Both the position numbers and the translations under genes were made by a program. From contig NC_135670.1 of the NCBI RefSeq assembly GCF_964188315.1, forward strand, positions 18,042,001-18,106,000: a stretch of 64,000 nt of DNA. Reading direction: 5' to 3'. Below the pieces are notes generated by a model that saw only the letters and a list, made by a program, of their open reading frames with translations, was not told where the DNA came from and made no database searches. The first letter of the stretch is position 1, and each line of letters begins with the position of its first letter. This DNA comes from Podarcis muralis (Eukaryota). Positions 45,030 to 64,000 of the stretch are shown here, piece after piece.

Positions 45030-45560
45030 TAAGAAAGGATGTTTAGAATAGTCTTCTCCCAAAAGCCTGAAGCATTTGTTTTGGAAATAAAAGGGACAGG
45101 TGTCCCCCCAAATAGTTGGTTAAAACTGTTTATGTTTGCTACTACTGCAGACAGAATTATGTATGCACAGAAATGGAAGGAAAAAGAAGTTCCAACAAAA
45201 GAGGAGTGGACTTTGAAATTACTGGACTATGGCAAAGAGTCCAAAACTATTGGACTACGGAAAAATAACAGCAAAATAAGAGACCAAAATGAAGAAATGC
45301 TTGTAGAAGAATGGAGATCCTTTTCGGATTATCTGAGAAAATATTATAGTCAAATGAAATAGCAGGCAGGACTTGAAAGGAATGAGATTGATAAAGCAAT
45401 GTGTGTTTTAATGAAATATTACATTAATGGCAGTAGATGAAGGATTTGAATAGAAGCATCATGGAAGGAAGGATGGAAAGTCAAAATATTAAGGGAACAT
45501 TGTATTAAAATTGAGTTGAATTGGTTAAATGGCTTGAAAACTAATAAAAATGTATGGGGG
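45030..45560 (+). mobile_element. Degenerate L1 3' fragment
   Basis: KPEAFVL...LFMFATTADRIMYAQKWK...EEW is homologous to the C-terminus of the 40.6-kb L1; ends GAAAACTAATAAAAAT like that element; boundaries approximate. Confidence 0.8.
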
Positions 45561-46599
45561 GGGGGAGAATGTAAGAAAAGCCCTACAGGATCAAACAAAT
45601 AATGTATCTCAGAGGTTTTTGACCTCAGCCGCCTCCCCTCTCCTTGCAAATCCTCGGGCAGCCGCAGCCCCTGGTCTCTGAACTGCCCCATCCACCCCAT
45701 AGAGAGGTGCCTCCTTACACTGCCCCACAGGGGCCTGGGAAGCACCCCCTGGCCAGCCCCAAAGGCACCATTCGCCTGCGGAGCTTGTAGCCAGTCCTGC
45801 TGCAACAAACAGCTGTGCAAGCTTTTGGGAGGCAGAGACCCAAGAGGGGATCAGAGGAGGGAGGGGAGGAAAGAGGGACAGAGGCCAGTGTTGCCCGCAG
45901 CACCCCTATCATTCAAGGCACCCGAGGGTGCCACAGCACACTAGTTGAAAACCACTGGCCTATCTAGTTCAGCACTCTGTCTTCAAAGTGGCCAACCCAA
46001 TGCCTTTACTGGGAAGCCCATAAGCAGAACCTGAACACAACTCTCCCTGCTTGCAAATTTCAGCACATGCAGGGAGAACATGGTGGCCAATGGTGTGATC
46101 CAGCCAGCTCTTTTTGCTCTTATGGCAGGGTGTGGAGGGGAAAGCAGGGAGAGAAGCTGATTTATGGCTTTAGCCTTTCAAATAAGTCCTTCCCTTCACC
46201 TTTCACAACTCCCATTTAACAGAAGTAGGTTTGCAAATAAGTGCTTTTCATTTGCATGATTCAGCCAGTTGATAGAATCTGGGTTTTGAGGCAGCATAGT
46301 TGGGGTTAAAACAAAAAAACTTTTCCCCCTGATGCCTGTGCAATATATTCAAATTAAGATGAATCATCCTGTTTGTTGAAAACCACCAACACACACTCGC
46401 TTGCTCACCTTGCCTGGGTGGGGTCAGCCAGGAAGCAGAGCATTCAGGTTACAAATTGGCAGAAATTAACGTTTTAAGCTCCACCCGTGGTTTTTGGCTT
46501 TTCTAAATTGGAAATGTGTTCTAGCCCTTTAAATTTTTTTTCTGGTTAAAGATCTATGCCCCACCCACCTACCTGGGCCAGGTGAACTCCTTGACAGCC

Positions 46600-46860
46600 A
46601 GTCCATAGTGAGTACATATCCAAACCCCAAACTGGGCCAATCAGAACGAAGGGAGAGAGCAGCAGAGCAACCAATGGCAGAGTGGGAATGGCTTCCTAAG
46701 GCTGTGCTACCTGACTGCTGTACCTGAAGCTGGTTAAACCCAGGAAATCGCAGAGTAGTGAGATCACCTGCTTCTTTTGGACCCAGAGGAAAGAGGCACA
46801 GGTGTGTCCTCACCTGCTTTCTTGTGGGGTACCTGAACTCCTGAGGAGCTTGAAGTCACT
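46600..46860 (+). promoter_or_regulatory. Putative non-CpG-island promoter of the RAB11-like gene
   Basis: CCAAT at 46637 and 46671; CACCTG/CAGGTG at 46765, 46799 and 46811, just upstream of the ATG at 46861. Confidence 0.5.
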
Positions 46861-59074
<12,214 letters not shown>

Positions 59075-59613
59075 CCTGCAAAGACTGCAACGAGGAAGTG
59101 AAAGGGAAACAAGGAAGGCCAAATAGTCTCCGGTACCTCCAAGGGGGAAAGTGATGCTCCAGGCAAACTCCTCTTTTTCTTCTTCTGGTACCCAACATCC
59201 ACCGTGCTACTCTGCTTCATGTAGGTCAGAAACACATAACGGATCGTGTTCGTCTTTAGATGTGGGGAAACCTTGGTGTCAATGGGTGCTTTTCGGACCA
59301 CCTGAGAGACACCCCATCCCAATTCCACAGCCTTCTTCGCTGAGAGGTGGCTGCTGGCATGAGGAGATTGGTGGGTCACAGGGATGGCGCTTCCCACACC
59401 CCTTTGAATTTCTTGCCGAAACTATTTTCCTGACTAGCATGGTTTAAGTAGAGCCCTTTGCTAACATAGGGGGTCATGGCATTCAACACTGTCTGGAATG
59501 AAAAGGGGTTAAGCTGGTTGGGCAGCCCACTTCTAAACCAAAGGTAGAGTGGACTCACTATCATGGCTTCATGGACTGTGGTTTTCGGGGGGTTTTTAAG
59601 TTGCTGAATGTTA

Positions 59614-59619
59614 AATAAA
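59614..59619 (+). terminator. Proximal polyadenylation signal of the RAB11-like gene (distal AATAAA at 60594-60599)
   Basis: AATAAA 540 nt after the stop; a second one ~1520 nt after the stop is followed by T/GT-rich sequence. Confidence 0.55.
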
Positions 59620-61182
59620 AACAACAACTCCTTTGCTCCCTCCTAATTACAACTCCTCTTTGAGGGAAGCCATGGTGAATTAAGCCTGGTCCCCCCCCCC
59701 AAGTTGGTTCTGTCATACAGACATGCCCTCCCCACCCAAAAAAATTGGGGGGGCTCCGCTGAGGTACAAAAGCCAGGCTGTTGAGTAAGCCTCAGCCTGT
59801 GTAAAGAAGCCCAGAAATTGAGGCAAGGCCCGAGGCCTGCCTCGCTTAGAAGTGAACTTTAGCCGTCCTGTGGCTTGGCAGCAAAATGGCTTTGTATCAA
59901 CAAGCAAATAGGAGTTGCTTCTGAGTGGTGACTGTTCTGGGCATGCCAGATGGCTGTAAAGCACAACTTGCCAGTCAGGTTGCATTTGTGAGGGCGTCTG
60001 TCACCTCCACCTTCACCATAGCAGCAGAAAAGCCTCCCGGCCTGGTTTGATCACACCCTATGTTGGCTCATCGCATTGGGTGACAGCTTCCTGCAGATTC
60101 TAATCCAGCAAATTGGTATATTTCCCTGCTGCCCCTTGTGCTGTTTTAAAGACCCAGGTTCCCATCAGCTTCATGTCTCACGAGGCCTCACAAAGCAAGT
60201 TTGGGAAATGGGAAGCCCAAAGCAGCAATAAGTAGCCTTTTGGGGACCACGAGTGGAGCTGGAGTTTGCATCCTTTCTCAGGCTTGGAGAAAATGGCTGA
60301 CCCTCAGGATGGGGAAGGAAGAAGAAGTTGGTCGGAGTTGTTTTCCCCCTCCCCTCCCTGCTTTGACTTTGCTACCTTTTCTGGAGTGATCAACCTGTAA
60401 AGATGAGAGTATGCTGATGGTTAGATTCTCGTGGCTTTCTCTTGGTTTTGCTCCCAACTGCAACTTTTGTGTAAATAGTAGGCTATTGGGAGGGGGGGTA
60501 TTTTAATGTGTGAAATTGCCTTCCTTTCATTTGCTTTGGAACTTGTGTTTTGTTTTTTGTGGGGTCTTGACTTCTGTGTGTGCTACGTGTTTAAATAAAA
60601 GCTATTTGTTTTATTGTATTGTGCTTATTTACTACACTTTTATCCTACCCTTTTCTCTCCTAGGAGATTGAGGTTCTCTCTCTCTCTCTCCACCCATCCA
60701 TTTTACCCTCACAACAACCCTGTGAGGTGGGCTAGGCTCAGATATGCTGAGATTCATGGCCGATTTGGGTATTGAACTCTGGTCTCCCAGGTCCTAGTCC
60801 TGCACTCTGAAGTGTGACATCATACTGGCTCTAATAATGACATTTTTGCAGTATGAGTGGTATTTGAACCTGCAGCACTTGCGCTCAAAACAGTTTCCTG
60901 GCGTTACTATAGCACACACAGAGTGAGGCATGGAAAACTGGATGGACCTAAAGCACTTCTAAACCAGGGTGGTGTGCAATAGGCATAAGCATCATTTAAA
61001 CAAATGACACTTTTGAAAAATTGGGGCTGCACCCCTGCTCACATTGCTTGCCAACCTTGCTTATCACTACATCCCTTAGACCTCGCCAAACATCCTACCC
61101 TGCCTCCCCAGGTTACATCTTCTCAACCAACCACCCCTTCTCAGTAAGCAACAGCGAGAGACCAATGGAGATCCACCCCTGC

Positions 61183-61835
61183 TATAGCTGTCAACCGTCC
61201 CTTATTTGGCGGGAAACTCCCTTATCCCAACGCCGTGTCCCGCTGCTGTCCCTTATTGATGATGTCCCTTAAATTTCCCAGGTTTCATACTCGCCCGGCT
61301 CGTGAGGGAAGCAGCGGCTCGGGGTCCTCCACCGCGCGCGAGAGAGAAAGAGAGAGGGAGAGTGCACAAGCTGCGCATCTCCGTCTCTGCCTTTTCCCCC
61401 TCGGGGGTGCGTCATGAGGAGACAGGTGGCGGCGGGCGGGCAGGCAGCCCCTCTCTTGCCAGACTTCTGCCGTGCTACCAGGGGAAGCCAGAGGCAGCAG
61501 TGGCGGTGGTGGCTGAGGAGGCAGCCTGGGGGAGGAGGAAGAGGAGGGGATGGGGAGAGATGCAAAAGGGCGGCGCTTCCGCGGCGCCACAACCGCCTCA
61601 TGCCGGGCTCGTGGGCGAGAGTCTCTCTCCCTCCCCCCCCCTCTCTCTCGGGTGAGGAAGGGCCGATGGAACTCCTTGCGCCAGGACGATGGCAGCCCCG
61701 ACATGCTGCTTAGCATACCCTCCAACCAGTGCAGCTTCTGTATAAGCTAAGCCAAAATCCCTTATTTTGGCTGCTGATTCCTTATTTTCGAGGCTGCTGG
61801 TCCCTTATTTTCAAATCTGTAAGTTAACAGCTATG
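61183..61835. mobile_element. Non-autonomous hAT element with a GC/CpG-rich interior
   Basis: TIR TATAGCTGTCAAC / GTTAACAGCTATG; perfect 8-bp TSD ACCCCTGC at 61175-61182 and 61836-61843; subterminal CCCTTATT repeats at both ends. Confidence 0.88.
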
Positions 61836-63722
61836 ACCCCTGCTATCTCATTGGCTGCTACTGTACAACTTGCTCCACAGTGCACAGCAGCTGAGAGTGG
61901 TAGCAAAGCAAGAATGGAGAGCAGTTGCTGAGAAGCTGCTGTCCCGAGTGTTCCTCCATAGCTCATCTGGAATGATGCTTCCTCACGCTTTGCCATTGCG
62001 GGTCCTTTTCTTGGTGAGGAGAGCTATTTGCCATGCTGTAGTTCACAGCGCCACCTGTCTGTGCCCAAGCAAACTGCAGTGTGATGGCACCCTTAAGACA
62101 ATATATAACAGGAGAAAACATTTGATTTGCACTTCACCTTACCCTGGAAAATCAGATAACTCAAAACAGCCTGTTACACACCTGCATTCACTGTTGGTAT
62201 AGAAGCTCATTAGTGTAGATCCTTTTTGGTGGGTGTTTTGTTACATGTGTGGTGGTGTTTCGGTGGCTGTTCTCTAGTGCCACATCCGCTGCTTCTGTCT
62301 GCTCCTTACCTGGGCATAGCTTAGCCATTTTGTTCCCGGTTGTCCAGATGATACAAGTGTGCCTTTTCCCAGTAATTGTCACACACTGGAGGTGCATTTG
62401 GATTTCAGAAACATGATTTGGAGGAGCTGTTCTCTCAATATCGCCACATAGCATAGACCTGAATTGCAGGACATACTTTTGGCTTGTCTATTTTAAACAC
62501 AGAGAACTTGCACAAAATAAATAAATAAAATAAAATAAAATAAAGTCAAATTGAAGGATACTCCCCAGCCCCCAAGCACAAGCAATGATTTTGTCTATTG
62601 TGAAACATGATAACTGGCTAGAAAACACTGGTTGTGTTCGCTATTGTGCACTTCCTGGGATCATTTACTTATTTACTTTAAAAGGTGTGTGCACCCAGGT
62701 GCAGAAAAAGTTGTGCACATGCTGGGAATGGGAAAAGGGGTGGGGAAGGTGGAGAAGGAGTGACTAAGGCAGCAGCGCAAAAAAACCCAACCAACCACCA
62801 GGCTAGATGAAGGATGTTTGCACACCATACCCTTAAAGCGCATTCAAACATAATAGCATAATGTATTGGTTGGAATGTCAGACCAGGATCTGGGAGACCA
62901 GGGTTCAAATCCCCCCATTACCATTAAGCTCAATGGGTGACTTTGGACCACTCATTGGCTCTCAGCCTAATCTACCACCTAGGGTTGTTTGGGGGATTAA
63001 ATGAACACTACCTTGAGAAATCCTGCCAACCTAGCAGTTCGAAAGCACGTCAAAGTGCAAGTAGATAGGTACCGCTCCGGCGGGAAGGTAAACGGCGTTT
63101 CTGTGTGCTGCTCTGGTTCACCAGAAGCGGCTTCGTCATGCTGGCCACATGACCCAGAAGCTGTCTGCAGACAAACGCCGGCTCCCTCGGCCAATAAAGC
63201 GAGATGAGCGTGCAACCCCAGAGTCGGTCGCAACTGGACCTAATGGTCAGGGGTCCCTTTACCTTGAGGGGGGGGGAAGTTGAGATATAAATGCAATAAG
63301 TAAAGCAGATTCCCCCCTCCACAAAGAATCCTGGGAACTGTAGTTTAATCCGCACTCCGCTAAAACTCCCAGCACCCTAAACGGGCTACAGTTCCCAGGA
63401 TTCTTTGAGGGATGGGGTGTGCTTTAAAGGAATTGTGTTTGTACGCAGCCTGACATTCTCTCTCTGTGCACTGCTGCAAGCAGCAAGTGGACGAATAGCA
63501 ACAAATATCCGTGGAAAGCTAGTATGTCAGAGATGCACATACAGGGGTGGGGGGAACTAGATCATTTGTGGTCTGGTCTGAACAGGTCTAGCCTGGTTGT
63601 GATATAATGCTGTGTCCATTAGGTGGAGCCATTTTGCAGCTTTTTAAAAAGAGACAAAGGGAAAGAGACCTTGGGGCACCAGCGGCTAATGTCACCTTCT
63701 ATATGTTACTGAACTACTAACC

Positions 63723-63978
63723 CAGGGGTCAGAAAACTTTTTCAGCAGGAGGCCGGTCCACTGTCCCTCAGACCTTGTGGAGGGCTGGACTATATTTTTT
63801 CGGGGGGGGGGGGAATGAATGAATTTCTATGCCCCACAAATAACCCAGAGATGCATTTTAAATAAAAGCACACATTCTACTCATGTAAAAACACGCTGAT
63901 TCCCGGACCGTCCGCGGGCTGGATTTAGAAGGCGATTGGGCCGAATCCGGCCCCCGGGCCTCAGTTTGCCTACCCATG
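63723..63978 (+). mobile_element. hAT MITE
   Basis: CAGGGGTCAG...GCCTACCCATG; perfect 8-bp TSD TACTAACC; a related copy lies inverted at 3817-4066. Confidence 0.9.
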
Positions 63979-64000
63979 TACTAACCCTTGTCTGGGACAA

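Noticed and set aside
45720-45805. Possible extra 5' exon of the minus-strand pseudogene (ttgcag ... |gtaagg)
   Set aside because: It is isolated, 6.5 kb from the exon chain, and no phase or homology evidence links it.
61290-61700. CpG island as promoter or first exon of the next gene (e.g. MEX3A)
   Set aside because: It is enclosed by hAT TIRs with a perfect 8-bp TSD. None of the overlapping ORFs resembles a known protein, and in mammals MEX3A faces RAB25 with its 3' end.

Overview
Squamate (lizard) genomic DNA, probably lacertid; this is inferred from Sauria-type SINEs, BovB, CR1/L3, L1 and hAT/Tc1 MITEs. It corresponds to the mammalian UBQLN4-LAMTOR2-RAB25 neighbourhood. Four intact spliced genes are fully supported by canonical GT-AG sites and closing phases: UBQLN4 (minus, exons 1-7, continuing off the left edge), LAMTOR2 (plus, 125 aa, head-to-head with UBQLN4 on a CpG-island promoter), RAB25 (plus, 215 aa) and a tandem RAB11-family paralogue (plus, 217 aa) that is neither RAB11A nor RAB11B. 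The most unusual signal is a previously unexplained chain of about 13 minus-strand exons at ~31.3-39.1 kb, between RAB25 and the RAB11-like gene. They splice into a ~350-aa Leu/Trp-rich protein I cannot identify. It is disabled by two nonsense codons, one frameshift, two decayed splice sites and a Gypsy insertion into a coding exon, with a 2.2-kb hAT element in one intron. The GC-rich 'CpG island' at 61.3-61.7 kb lies inside a hAT element with a perfect 8-bp TSD, so it is not a host promoter. Repeat family names come from motif recognition, not from a database search.
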